Shown piece by piece: positions 9,977-19,703 of a DNA stretch of 34,262 bases. The notes under the pieces are model-generated. The model was not told the DNA's origin, ran no database searches, and saw only the letters and a program-made list of their open reading frames with translations. Every line of letters begins with the position of its first letter. Positions within the stretch are counted from its first letter, which is position 1. The position numbers were made by a program, and so were the translations under genes. This DNA comes from an uncultured bacterium (GTDB lineage Bacteria > Chloroflexota > Anaerolineae > Anaerolineales > E44-bin32), in NCBI GenBank assembly GCA_965364895.1, contig CBDTZL010000003.1:1-34262 (forward strand), read 5' to 3'.

Positions 9977-12459
9977 TCTGGGCGCCTCACCGTTACAGAA
10001 GTTGGCTCCGAGAGAGGAAGGCTGCGAGGAACCAGCGCAGAGCCAATCGGTACGTCGGAGTTCGCTATAAATTTCAGCCGCTCTACGCGTCCATCCCAGA
10101 CAATCTCTGCCTCCCCCACATCTGTGAGGCCGAGCCGCTCAATTTCATGGGGATGTAATGCCATTTGCAGCTGAGCAACGCGCGCCTCCTGCAATTTGGA
10201 ATCTCGCAACGCGCTGCCACGGTCATACAGTTTGGTTACCGGGACAATCAGCAAGTCCTTCTTAGCGCCCGCCCGGGGAGGTGCCTTCCATTTCAAGGGG
10301 CGTCCGGCGCCGCGCGGCGCAAGCTGAACCCCCAACCCCTGTTTGTTTGCATATGCCGTTCCACCGAAGTAGAGATCCTCTCCCCCAACCTCGGGCCACT
10401 GAGGTTCTACTGCGGCCAGAGTATCGTAGCTAAGCTCGGAGTAGTCACGGACCTCGTCTGCAATACGTTCAAAAACCAGCGGAGCCGCCGTGCCTTCAAG
10501 ATCGAGTTCCAGTCGTTTGGCCAGGTCCGCCACAATCTTCCAATCCGGAAGGCTCCCAATGGGCTCGACCACTGCAGGATACAGACGCTGAACTCTGCGT
10601 TCGCCGTTGGTGAATGTGCCTGCCCGCTCTACGAAAGACTGCGCAGGCAAGACCACGTCTGCTAGCTCCGCCGTGGCGGTAAGGAATAAATCTTGAACGA
10701 TGAGCATCGGGAGCTTATCGAGTAGAGCTGCCGCTTCCGGCTCGGCGGTCGCAGGGTCGGCCCCTACGATATAGGCCGCCTTGGCTCCATCGAGAGCGTT
10801 GGTCAGCCCTCGTGAGTCCGGTCGGAAGCCCATGTCCCACGCGCCCTGTGTATTAGCGTGCGGCCAGACCCCCACGAGCCCGTTTTTGGCCTGACCGAGG
10901 CGACCTTTGGATTCGATCAACAGTGCGCAGGATCTCGCCAGGGCCTGGGTTCCAGAATAATTCAATCCCTCGCGTCCGAAGAATACGATGGCGTTCCTTG
11001 CGCGTTTGAAGGCCCTGGCCGCCGACTTTAGTTCTTTGTCCCCCTCAAAACGGTTGAGTTTCCGATCTTCACCGTTGAATTGCAGGAGCCCCAGCGCGGT
11101 ATGCACCGCCTGTCCCGATTCATAGCGCAGGCTGTGTTGAGCGTATTCGTCGAGGCGGGTTGCGCGGGCATTTGCAACGATTACAGTGGCACCCCGCTCC
11201 GCGGCTTGTTTAAGGCGCAGCCACCAGATAGGGGCTTCTTCATGCAGATCAGCGGCGATGACGAGCACCGCATCTCGCTTTCCCAACTCTCCGAGGTTAG
11301 TTCCCTGGCCGACTCCATATCGCTGTGTGAGATCGCCTCCCGCCATCGATTCCGAGAGCACGGCTTTGCCACCGATCTCTTTCATCAAGCCGCTCAGGTT
11401 GAATAGATCCTCGTTCATCAGGCGGCCGCTCGCGATTCCGATCGAATGCGACCCGGCCTTCTTCAATCCTTCCGCGGCCATCTTCAGAGCTACGTTCCAT
11501 GAAGCCTTGACCAGCTTCCCATTCTTGCGAATGAGCGGCTTCGTCAATCGCTCCGGGCTCTGGGCGTAGTGGTGAGCAAAGCGGCCCTTGTCACATATCC
11601 AGATCTCGTTCACCTGCTCGTTTTGCCTCGGCATGACTCGCTTGACGACATCCCGTCCGCCTCTGCTCGCCTCGCGGCGTGTGCTCAGTGTCAGATTGCA
11701 TCCCACCGGGCAATGCGGGCAGATGGAGGCTGCCGAATTGAGCTCCCATGGACGGGCTCCAAATCGGAAGTCGGCGGTGGTCAATGCGCCCACCGGGCAT
11801 ATATCGGTAGTATTTCCGGAGAAATAAGAGTCGAATCCGGGATCCGAATAGGTCACAATTTCGAGCCGACGCCCCCGCTCATAGAACCCGATCACCGGAT
11901 CATCAACAATCTCGTCCTGGAAACGGGTGCATCGAGCGCATTGGATACATCGCTCGCGATCAAGGAAGATCAGCTCCCCTAGAGGGTGGCGCTTGGCGAG
12001 ACGGATCTTGTCATCAAAAAGAAACCGGCTTTTGCCCGGCCCGTGCTCCATCGTGAGATTTTGCAGCGGGCACTCGCCGCCCTTGTCGCAAACTGGGCAA
12101 TCGAGCGGGTGGGAGGTGAGCAAGTATTCGACAATTTCGTTGCGCCCTTGAATCGCCTTCTCGCTCGCGACCCGCACTTGCCAACCCTCGCCGACCGGAA
12201 CCGTGCAGGCGGTCTCGAGGTTGGGTCCAAACTGAATCACTGGATTGCCAGATTCGTCGAGAAGCGGTTTGCCCGTGGCGCGATCGCGACCTGGGCGCCC
12301 GATTTCAACCAGGCATACCCGGCACATGCCGACCGGCTCCATCTTGGGGTGGTAGCAGAACACTGGAACGTCGGTGCCTTGCCGCTTGGCGGCATCCACC
12401 AGCAGCGTACCTTCCGGTACGGTCACTTGGTTGCCGTCTATGGTGAGGGTGACACTCAT
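9973..12459 (-). CDS. nuoG: NADH-quinone oxidoreductase subunit G
   Basis: PVFCYHP...GMCRVC, HPLDCPVCDKGGEC, RCIQCARC...DICPVGAL, and N7 ligands CPHCPVGC...WICDKGRF. Confidence 0.96.
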   Translation of the reverse strand: MSVTLTIDGNQVTVPEGTLLVDAAKRQGTDVPVFCYHPKMEPVGMCRVCLVEIGRPGRDRATGKPLLDESGNPVIQFGPNLETACTVPVGEGWQVRVASEKAIQGRNEIVEYLLTSHPLDCPVCDKGGECPLQNLTMEHGPGKSRFLFDDKIRLAKRHPLGELIFLDRERCIQCARCTRFQDEIVDDPVIGFYERGRRLEIVTYSDPGFDSYFSGNTTDICPVGALTTADFRFGARPWELNSAASICPHCPVGCNLTLSTRREASRGGRDVVKRVMPRQNEQVNEIWICDKGRFAHHYAQSPERLTKPLIRKNGKLVKASWNVALKMAAEGLKKAGSHSIGIASGRLMNEDLFNLSGLMKEIGGKAVLSESMAGGDLTQRYGVGQGTNLGELGKRDAVLVIAADLHEEAPIWWLRLKQAAERGATVIVANARATRLDEYAQHSLRYESGQAVHTALGLLQFNGEDRKLNRFEGDKELKSAARAFKRARNAIVFFGREGLNYSGTQALARSCALLIESKGRLGQAKNGLVGVWPHANTQGAWDMGFRPDSRGLTNALDGAKAAYIVGADPATAEPEAAALLDKLPMLIVQDLFLTATAELADVVLPAQSFVERAGTFTNGERRVQRLYPAVVEPIGSLPDWKIVADLAKRLELDLEGTAAPLVFERIADEVRDYSELSYDTLAAVEPQWPEVGGEDLYFGGTAYANKQGLGVQLAPRGAGRPLKWKAPPRAGAKKDLLIVPVTKLYDRGSALRDSKLQEARVAQLQMALHPHEIERLGLTDVGEAEIVWDGRVERLKFIANSDVPIGSALVPRSLPLSEPTSVTVRRPE

Positions 12460-13724
12460 GCGGCTTTGCTCGAATCATTCACGACATGCAGCTCGAACTC
12501 CGGCCGGAACCGTTCCACAGCCGAGGTGACCGCCAGGGCGGCAAAATCTCCTAGCGCACACAGGCACTTGCCTTGAATTCCGATTCCCACATTATGCAAG
12601 AGGTCGATCTCGTGCGGCTGTGCCGTCTCGTCCATTAGTCGGTCGAAGATGTGTTTCATCCAATAGGTCCCGTCGCGGCAAGGCGTACATTTGCCGCACG
12701 ATTCATGCTCAAAGAAGTCTGTGATTTTGGACTCCACCCAGGCGATATCTACCGTCTCATCGATCACGATGATCGAAGCAGATCCCAGCGATGAACCGAC
12801 CTCGGGAACCGATTCGTAGTCCATTTTGGTATCCAAAACCTCATCGGTCGCGCGCAGGATCGGGGCCGAGGCGCCAGCTGGCAAGATAGCTTTGATCGCT
12901 TCGCCGTTCGGGATACCTCCCGCATGTTCGTAGATCAGCTCTCGAAACGTTGTTCCGAGCGGCAATTCATAGTTGCCCGGACGTTCAACATTGCCAGACA
13001 CGGAAAACACCTTTGTTCCGGCGCTCTTTTCGGTTCCGATGCTGCTGTACCACTTGGCGCCGCGGCTGATAATGGGCGGCAGATTGGCGAGCGTTTCGAC
13101 GTTGTTCACTACAGTGGGCTTAGCGAAGAGGCCCTCCGCGGCTGGAAACGGCGGGCGCAGCCGTGGCTGACCCAGCTTGCCTTCCAGGGATTCCAGCAGC
13201 GCGGTTTCTTCGCCACAGATGTAGGCTCCAGCTCCCAGATGTGTGAACATCTCCAATGAGTACTTGCTGCCGAAGAGCTTCTTTCCTAGCAGTCCACGCT
13301 CATGCAGCTCCTCGATTTTGGCATCTAGCTCTTGTGTCAAATCCCAGAATTCGCCGCGGCAATAAATGTAGGCCATATTGGCTTGCGCGGCATAGGCACA
13401 GATCGCCACGCCCTCCAGGAACTGGAAAGGATTGCGCTCCATGATCTCGCGATCCTTGAAGGTGCCGGGTTCTGACTCATCGGCGTTGGCGACGACGTAG
13501 CGAGGAAAGACATCGGGCGTGAGGAAGCTCCATTTGACTCCGGTAGGAAATCCAGCGCCCCCTCGGCCCCGAAGCCCGGACTTCTTCACGAGATTAATCA
13601 CTTGCTGCGGCGACTTCTTCCTGACAATCGATTCGAATGCCTTATAGCCGCCGTTCTCGATATAGGTGTCGAGCCGGTCGAGACCCTCTATGTCTCGATG
13701 TCTCAATACGACGTGTTCAGTCAA
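12456..13724 (-). CDS. nuoF: NADH-quinone oxidoreductase subunit F
   Basis: GLRGRGGAGFPTG, NADESEPGTFKDR, GAGAYICGEETAL, ESCGKCTPCRDG...CLCALGD. Confidence 0.97.
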   Translation of the reverse strand: MTEHVVLRHRDIEGLDRLDTYIENGGYKAFESIVRKKSPQQVINLVKKSGLRGRGGAGFPTGVKWSFLTPDVFPRYVVANADESEPGTFKDREIMERNPFQFLEGVAICAYAAQANMAYIYCRGEFWDLTQELDAKIEELHERGLLGKKLFGSKYSLEMFTHLGAGAYICGEETALLESLEGKLGQPRLRPPFPAAEGLFAKPTVVNNVETLANLPPIISRGAKWYSSIGTEKSAGTKVFSVSGNVERPGNYELPLGTTFRELIYEHAGGIPNGEAIKAILPAGASAPILRATDEVLDTKMDYESVPEVGSSLGSASIIVIDETVDIAWVESKITDFFEHESCGKCTPCRDGTYWMKHIFDRLMDETAQPHEIDLLHNVGIGIQGKCLCALGDFAALAVTSAVERFRPEFELHVVNDSSKAA

Positions 13725-14217
13725 CTTGACCCTTTACCCTCAGCGCCTCGATGAATGCAAGCGCAGAGCCCACCGATTGATCCTCGTGATAGTGAATCCC
13801 ATTGGGCTCCTGCAGTTGAAATATCGGAGCCCGATCGCATGCGGCCAGGCATTTCACTTCTTCAACGGTGACTTGTCCGTCCGGAGTGGTTGCTCCCATC
13901 CTGATATCCAGCTTGTCACACAGCTCATCTGCGAATGCCTGCGCGCCTCGAAGGGCGCATGGCAAATCGGTGCACACTTGAATGCGGTATTTGCCACCTT
14001 CCCGATCGTGATACAGGGTGTAGAAGCCCACCAACGAGGCGACCTCCGTAGACTCGAGGCCAAGCAAATCACCGACCTCGGTAATAACTTCGGGACTCAG
14101 CAAGCCATATTCTCGCTGTGCGAGGAACAAGAGCGGCATAACGGCAGATCGCTTCTGATCGGGCGGATACTTTGCCAGAATGCCTTCGATCTCTTGAGCG
14201 TTATTTTCTTTCAGCAC
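13717..14217 (-). CDS. nuoE: NADH-quinone oxidoreductase subunit E
   Basis: RSAVMPLL, FYTLY, VCTDLPC...KCLAACDRAP 2Fe-2S ligands. GTG start. Confidence 0.96.
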   Translation of the reverse strand: MLKENNAQEIEGILAKYPPDQKRSAVMPLLFLAQREYGLLSPEVITEVGDLLGLESTEVASLVGFYTLYHDREGGKYRIQVCTDLPCALRGAQAFADELCDKLDIRMGATTPDGQVTVEEVKCLAACDRAPIFQLQEPNGIHYHEDQSVGSALAFIEALRVKGQVD

Positions 14218-14221
14218 GTCA

Positions 14222-15454
14222 TTACCGATCTACATCGCCGAGTATGGGATCCAGGCTGCTGATGATGGCGATCAGATCTGCAACCAGGTGTCCTTTGGCC
14301 AGCATGGGAAGCGCCTGCAAATTGGCAAAGCTGGGGGTGCGAAAATGTACTCGCTGCGGCATAGGTCCTCCGTCTCCCACGAGATAGCAGCCTAGAACGC
14401 CCCTAGGAGACTCAACCGGAAAATAGACCGCACCCTTTGGAGCCGAAAAGCCCTCTGTCCACAATTTGAAGTGGTGGATGACGGCTTCCATGCTGTGCCC
14501 TAACTCCGATCGCGGCGGAGGAACGAATTTGCGGTTATCGCTGCGGAAGGGTCCTTCCGGCAGCTGGACCAGCGCTTGCTGCACGATCCTAAGCGATTGC
14601 CGCATTTCTTCCATTCGAACCACATACCGATCGTAGGTATCGCCATTGGAGGCGGTCGGTACCTCGAAGTCAAACTGTTCGTAGCCGCTGTACGGTCGCG
14701 TCTTTCGTAGATCAAAGGGCATTCCGGTAGCTCTCAAGTTTGGCCCGGTAAGGCCAATCTCCAACGCCTCCGAGGTGGAAATAACCCCGATCCCTTTCGT
14801 GCGATCGATATAGAGAGGATTCTCCGTCAGCAGGTTTTCATACTCCTCGATCCGAGCGGGAAAGAGGTCGATGAAATGCTGGACCGCTTCTTCGAAGCCG
14901 TTTGGCAGATCGCGCCAAAGTCCACCCGGCCGGAAATAGGAAGTCATCATCCGTTGTCCGGAACACAACTCAAAGATGTCCATCAGAATTTCTCGCTCGC
15001 GCCATGTGTACAGAAATACCGACATGGCTGCCAGATCGAGCGCGTGTGTCCCCAACCACACGAGGTGGGAAGCGATTCTTGTCAGCTCTGTCAGCAGGAC
15101 GCGCACCATTTGAGCACGAGGTGGGACATCCAGCTCGACCAGCGTTTCAATCGCCAGGCAATAGCAGAGATTGTTGCCCAGATTGTTCAGATAGTCCATG
15201 CGGTCGGTCATGACCAGCGCTTTTTCATACGTTTTGGCTTCCATATTCTTTTCGATGCCCGTATGAAGGAAGCCGATGTCTGGCACACAGTTGACAACGG
15301 TCTCACCGTCCAACTCGAGAAGTAGCCGCAGCACGCCGTGCGTACTGGGATGCTGAGGCCCCATATTCAGGATCATCGTCTCGCCATCGATGGCACGCTG
15401 CGAAACCAGCCCCTTAAGTTCATCAACCGTTACTTCCATTTGCGCTTCAAGCAT
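14222..15454 (-). CDS. nuoD: NADH-quinone oxidoreductase subunit D
   Basis: NMGPQHPSTHGVLR, HTGIEK, DRMDY, RPGG, ESPRG, C-terminal GDVDR. Confidence 0.97.
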   Translation of the reverse strand: MLEAQMEVTVDELKGLVSQRAIDGETMILNMGPQHPSTHGVLRLLLELDGETVVNCVPDIGFLHTGIEKNMEAKTYEKALVMTDRMDYLNNLGNNLCYCLAIETLVELDVPPRAQMVRVLLTELTRIASHLVWLGTHALDLAAMSVFLYTWREREILMDIFELCSGQRMMTSYFRPGGLWRDLPNGFEEAVQHFIDLFPARIEEYENLLTENPLYIDRTKGIGVISTSEALEIGLTGPNLRATGMPFDLRKTRPYSGYEQFDFEVPTASNGDTYDRYVVRMEEMRQSLRIVQQALVQLPEGPFRSDNRKFVPPPRSELGHSMEAVIHHFKLWTEGFSAPKGAVYFPVESPRGVLGCYLVGDGGPMPQRVHFRTPSFANLQALPMLAKGHLVADLIAIISSLDPILGDVDR

Positions 15455-15467
15455 CTGCGTTCTTCAA

Positions 15468-15524
15468 TCAGTCCTTTGCGTACTTGTTCCGTCGGTCGAT
15501 TTCGTCAAAGTTGAAGGTGAACTG
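15468..15524 (-). repeat. Diverged direct copy of the last 57 bp of nuoC, including the stop
   Basis: 52/57 identical to 15553-15609. Encodes [18 protein letters not shown] versus nuo[19 protein letters not shown]. Confidence 0.95.
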
Positions 15525-15552
15525 CTTGTAGCTCACCCTTCTTGGCTCCAAT

Positions 15553-16065
15553 TTAATCTTTTGCGTACTTCTTCCGTCGGTCGATTTCGTCGAAGTTGAA
15601 GGTGAACTGAACCTCTTCGTATCCGAGTGGATAGTCCCTGCGCAGCGGATGACCTTCCCAATCATGCGGCATGATGATGCGCCGTAGATCGGAGCTTCCG
15701 ACGAAGTCAATACCGAACATGTCGAAGACCTCCCGCTCATGCCAATTTGCATTGGGATAAATGGCCTCGATGCTCGGAATTTTCGGATCTTCACCATCCA
15801 GGAAAACACTGAGGCCGAGCAGCACATCAGATTTTATCGAATAGAGCTGATAGACGATCTCAAATCGAGGCTCTTCGGGCCAGTGATCCGCGGCGGTCAG
15901 GGCGATCAACAGATCGAAGTCGCGCTTCCTTAAGAACTTACAAGCATCAACGACGGCTTCGGGTTGGAGGACGGCGGTGAATTGATCGCGGAACTCAAAT
16001 GAGTCGAGAACTCGATCATCAAGTTCCTTTTGCAGCGCGTCCAGAGAGGCTTTTGCGCTGCTCAA
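15553..16065 (-). CDS. nuoC: NADH-quinone oxidoreductase subunit C
   Basis: [33 protein letters not shown]. Start uncertain; TTG 16065 chosen because it overlaps the nuoB stop (TTGA). Confidence 0.94.
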   Translation of the reverse strand: MSSAKASLDALQKELDDRVLDSFEFRDQFTAVLQPEAVVDACKFLRKRDFDLLIALTAADHWPEEPRFEIVYQLYSIKSDVLLGLSVFLDGEDPKIPSIEAIYPNANWHEREVFDMFGIDFVGSSDLRRIIMPHDWEGHPLRRDYPLGYEEVQFTFNFDEIDRRKKYAKD

Positions 16066-16535
16066 GCCAATTTCTCGGCCATTACTTTGTCGTGAAGGGT
16101 GAGGATCCCATGGATGAGCCCTTCGGGGCGAGGAGGGCACCCGGCGATATAGACATCTACCGGCATGATTTCGTCTACGCCAGGCACGATCGCGTAATTA
16201 TTGAAGATCCCCCCACACGAGCAGCAATCTCCCATTGCGATGACCCACTTAGGCTCAGGCATCTGATCGTAGAGTCGCCGCAACACGGGGGCCATCTTGC
16301 GTGATACCCGACCGGCCACGATCAGCAAATCACTTTGCCGCGGACTGGCGCGCATGAGCTCCATACCAAATCGGCTCAGGTCGTAGTCTGGAGCCTGAGC
16401 AGCCATCATCTCGATGGCGCAGCATGCGAGCCCAGAGAGCAGCGGCCACATGGCTCGCGTTCGGCTCCACCCTACGGCCTTTTCCAACGAGGTGGTCACG
16501 ATGCCCATATTGCCGAGCTTGCTCTCTATTCCCAT
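16062..16535 (-). CDS. nuoB: NADH-quinone oxidoreductase subunit B
   Basis: [44 protein letters not shown]. Confidence 0.97.
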   Translation of the reverse strand: MGIESKLGNMGIVTTSLEKAVGWSRTRAMWPLLSGLACCAIEMMAAQAPDYDLSRFGMELMRASPRQSDLLIVAGRVSRKMAPVLRRLYDQMPEPKWVIAMGDCCSCGGIFNNYAIVPGVDEIMPVDVYIAGCPPRPEGLIHGILTLHDKVMAEKLA

Positions 16536-16882
16536 TCGAGCGCCCCCTTCTTCCAGGCGTAGATCAAGCCGAACGCCAGGATCACAATAAAGACCACCAT
16601 CTCGATCAATCCGACCACCCCGAGATCCCTGAAAACGACCGCCCAGGGGAGTAGGAATACGATTTCAATGTCAAAGAGGATGAAAAGCACCGCAATGAGA
16701 TAAAAGTGGACCGGCATTCGACGTTGACCGGATCCATAAGGAATCATGCCCGATTCGTAGGGCTGACCCTTTCTTCGGTTCTTCTTGCGAGGCCCGAGCA
16801 GGTGTCCGAGCGCGACAATTGAGACAGCGATGCCCACCGAGAAGATGATAAGTACAGCGATGGGGAGGTAGTCGATCGGCAT
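16526..16882 (-). CDS. nuoA: NADH-quinone oxidoreductase subunit A
   Basis: [30 protein letters not shown]. Confidence 0.97.
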   Translation of the reverse strand: MPIDYLPIAVLIIFSVGIAVSIVALGHLLGPRKKNRRKGQPYESGMIPYGSGQRRMPVHFYLIAVLFILFDIEIVFLLPWAVVFRDLGVVGLIEMVVFIVILAFGLIYAWKKGALEWE

Positions 16883-16933
16883 CTTTTGTGGCTTGAGAGG
16901 GGGGAACCAGGTCGAATTTAATCGCCTCTGTTC

Positions 16934-16942
16934 ATTCTATCA
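16934..16942 (-). promoter_or_regulatory. Putative extended -10 promoter of the nuo operon (TGATAGAAT)
   Basis: TGn-TAGAAT about 50 bp upstream of the nuoA start. No consensus -35. Confidence 0.55.
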
Positions 16943-17094
16943 CAAAGGGGTTTTTGCCCTGTGACTAGGGGGGAATCTTCTCCCTGATTCAAGCTCGATC
17001 TCGCTCTTTTATCCCTATCGGCTTCTCGCCCTCGGCCCCGCTCCTCTCCCGCCGCACTCACGGATAAACCAACTTACAATAACTTGATTGGAGT

Positions 17095-17868
17095 GTGGAA
17101 TTGAAAGTCAGTACCCAGGGGAACAAGAAACTCGAAGCGCTTCTTGAAGAAATCAATGGCGACGCAGAGCTCCAGCAGCTCTGGGAGATGGCTAACAATA
17201 ACGCCGTCCGACGCCTCGGTATGAGCGATCACGGGCCGGTACATATTCAGATTGTAGCCAATGCCTGTGTCAAGATCTTGCGATTGCTCGTAGCAGCGGA
17301 TGTCCAACCGAGCGCAGTTTCTGAACATGAGCTGACTAGTGATGATGCAGAAGTGGTGGTGGTGCTTGCCGCCAGCCTTCACGATATTGGGATGGCCGTC
17401 CATCGCGATAATCATGAGAATTACAGCCTGATATTGGGCTACCCCAAATCGCGCCAGCTTCTTGCCAATCTTTACGATGAGCCGAATTTGACGACGATTG
17501 TTTCCGAAGTGTTGCACGCCATCATTGCTCACCGATGGGATGTGAAGCCGTTGAGCCTGGAGGCCGGGGTATTAAAGGTCGCGGATGCACTGGACATGAC
17601 GCAAGGGCGATCTCGCATCCCGTTTGAGTCGGGCAAGGTCAACATCCACTCCGTGTCGGCGCAGGCCGTCGAGGAAGTGAAAATCCAGAAGGGCGAGGAC
17701 CTGCCCGTTCGGGTCGATATCCTGCTTAATAACTCCGCTGGAATCTTCCAGGTGGACGAGCTGCTCAAACGCAAGCTTGCCAACTCGACACTGGCCCCCT
17801 ACGTGGAAGTCGTCGCCCATCTTGAAACTGAGAAAGAACGCAAAATTCTCGAAATCCATAAGTTCTAG
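17095..17868 (+). CDS. HD-superfamily metal-dependent phosphohydrolase (COG3294-like)
   Basis: MSDHGPVH, LHDIG, HAIIAH, VADALD, GRSRIPF. GTG start (TTG 17101 is an alternative). Confidence 0.85.
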   Translation: MELKVSTQGNKKLEALLEEINGDAELQQLWEMANNNAVRRLGMSDHGPVHIQIVANACVKILRLLVAADVQPSAVSEHELTSDDAEVVVVLAASLHDIGMAVHRDNHENYSLILGYPKSRQLLANLYDEPNLTTIVSEVLHAIIAHRWDVKPLSLEAGVLKVADALDMTQGRSRIPFESGKVNIHSVSAQAVEEVKIQKGEDLPVRVDILLNNSAGIFQVDELLKRKLANSTLAPYVEVVAHLETEKERKILEIHKF

Positions 17869-17888
17869 CCGAACCGGGAGAGAGCCTT

Positions 17889-18803
17889 TTGAGCGACATC
17901 GCCATCTTTTTAGAAGGTCAGAACGGTTTGAATTGGGAAAACTGGAAGCGCATTGGCAAGTCGGTTGAGGAGCTAGGCTTTGCCGGCCTTTACCGCTCGG
18001 ATCACTTCACCAATATGCGGCCTCCAGATAAGGACTCGCTCGAACTGTGGATTTCACTGGCATGGCTGGCCGACAACACGAGCCGGATCGAGTTTGGCCA
18101 ATTGGTCTCGCCGGTATCGTTCAGGCACCCCGTGTTTGCGGCTCGAATGGCGAAAGATGTCGACGATCTTTCCGGAGGCCGCTTCATCCTGGGATTAGGG
18201 GCAGGTTGGCAGGATCACGAGCACGGTAAGTTTGGATTCGACCTCCTGGAGCTCGGCCCTCGGTTTGATCGGTTTGAAGAGGGGGTGGAGATTGCCCACA
18301 AGCTGCTCAAAGGTGAGGGGCCGGCAACCTTCGATGGCAAGTACTACCAGCTGAACGAGGCTGAGCTGCTGCCCAAGCCGCAGCGCAAAGGAGGTCCTCC
18401 AATTCTCATTGGAGGTAGAGGGAAAAACAGAACTCTGCCGCTCACGGCACGCTTCGCAGATGAGTGGAATTTCGGCTTCCGACCGGTAGCCACATTCGCG
18501 AAATTAAATTCCTACCTGGATGAGCTTCTGGATGCCGAGGGTCGAAGACCGCAGGATGTCCGACGCACCGTCGCTAATACCACGATTTTCGGTAGAGATG
18601 AGCAGGAGCTAAAGCGCAAGCTGGATGAGGGCGGCTACACGGAAGAGCGGCTGGAGAAATTCGGGATCATCGCCGGGACTGGCCCGCAGATTGTCGATCA
18701 AATTGGAGCGTATCAAGAAGCAGGAGCGCAGCGTGTGATGCTGCAATGGCTCGATCTGGAGGATCAGGGACTGCTAGAAGCCCTGGCGAAGGCGGTGCTT
18801 TAG
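17889..18803 (+). CDS. LLM-class (luciferase-like) oxidoreductase, probably F420-dependent
   Basis: EGQNGLNW, GLYRSDHF, LVSPVSFRHP, DDLSGGRFILGLGAGW, PPILIGG, ADEWN. TTG start. Confidence 0.88.
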   Translation: MSDIAIFLEGQNGLNWENWKRIGKSVEELGFAGLYRSDHFTNMRPPDKDSLELWISLAWLADNTSRIEFGQLVSPVSFRHPVFAARMAKDVDDLSGGRFILGLGAGWQDHEHGKFGFDLLELGPRFDRFEEGVEIAHKLLKGEGPATFDGKYYQLNEAELLPKPQRKGGPPILIGGRGKNRTLPLTARFADEWNFGFRPVATFAKLNSYLDELLDAEGRRPQDVRRTVANTTIFGRDEQELKRKLDEGGYTEERLEKFGIIAGTGPQIVDQIGAYQEAGAQRVMLQWLDLEDQGLLEALAKAVL

Positions 18804-18870
18804 CTGGCAGATAATGAGGCCAGCGGAAATTCAGGTTCAACCATTTGCGGCCCGGTTACAATCCTCCAAT

Positions 18871-19692
18871 TCATTGCACCAACAGCACCGGACACTCGAA
18901 CTCATCGAGCTCCTCGGGCAGGCTCTTCCCCTCCAGCAAAGGGCTCTCCCCTGGAAGAATGAGGATGCATTCTTCCTGAGTGCGCAGCATGTTTGCCAAT
19001 TCACGGGTATCGGCCCGCACCAACCAGCGGTAGCGAGCCTTCAGCCCCAGCAAGTCCAGTATCGCAGCGACCTCACTTTGTAATGCCCTGGCCTGGTCTT
19101 CGTTCTCGGCCACAATACCAACCGCCAAGTATTCGCCAAGACTAATCGCCGTGTCCAACGCGCGCTTAGATTGATCGGACCCATCGTAAACAGTCATCAG
19201 CGTGGGCAACAGGCGCCCTCCCCGCTCGATGATCATGATTCGATTGGCTCCTGCGGCAACCAGCTTGCGTGCAGTCGAACCTAACCGGCGCTTCCCAGAC
19301 CAGCCTGCCCGCCCAAGGATAAATAGGTCCGCTTCGTTTGCCGCTTGAAGCAACTCAGTTTCGATTGATCCCCGCGCAACGGTGAATGTCCATCGGATTT
19401 GTGCGCGGCTGGCAGCTAGAGCCATCGCCTGGGCGGCGCGGGACGCCTGACTTCGCAACTGCCGGTCCATCCGACTGCTTTCGAGCCGCCGCGTATGAGC
19501 AGAGGCCTCACCGGTTTCCAGCACGGCTGGCAAGGCTGCCAATCGGATGAGGTTGATATCCTCCACGTAGATACCCACCAGTTCCGCATCCAGATCAGCA
19601 GCAAGTTCCACTGCGGCCTCTAGCCCTGCCATGCTCTGGGGAGATGCATCAATGGCAACAAGAATACGTCGGATCGTGTCTGGATTGCTCAC
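18871..19692 (-). CDS. Universal stress protein (two USP-like domains)
   Basis: RRILVAIDAS, ADLFILGR, LGSTAR, second domain TVYDGSDQSKRAL, C-terminal CPVLLV. Confidence 0.85.
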   Translation of the reverse strand: MSNPDTIRRILVAIDASPQSMAGLEAAVELAADLDAELVGIYVEDINLIRLAALPAVLETGEASAHTRRLESSRMDRQLRSQASRAAQAMALAASRAQIRWTFTVARGSIETELLQAANEADLFILGRAGWSGKRRLGSTARKLVAAGANRIMIIERGGRLLPTLMTVYDGSDQSKRALDTAISLGEYLAVGIVAENEDQARALQSEVAAILDLLGLKARYRWLVRADTRELANMLRTQEECILILPGESPLLEGKSLPEELDEFECPVLLVQ

Positions 19693-19703
19693 TTTCTGAT
19701 GAA

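Noticed and set aside
12210-12300. Insertion in the NuoG 2Fe-2S domain (GRPGRDRATGKPLLDESGNPVIQF)
   Set aside because: A similar loop is known in Thermus Nqo3, so it is not novel.
15468-15609. Echo pairs as DGR template/variable repeats
   Set aside because: Mismatches are not confined to adenines in either copy, they are mostly silent, and no reverse transcriptase is in the window.
15468-15827. 119-aa alternative-frame ORF, or a programmed frameshift giving NuoC a doubled tail
   Set aside because: It needs a +1 shift with no plausible slippery site at GCA AAA GAT TAA, and the upstream part is off-frame nuoC sequence.
16210-16236. Extra cysteines in NuoB (GDCCSCGG)
   Set aside because: The canonical N2 ligands are intact; nothing in the sequence supports a function for the extra Cys.
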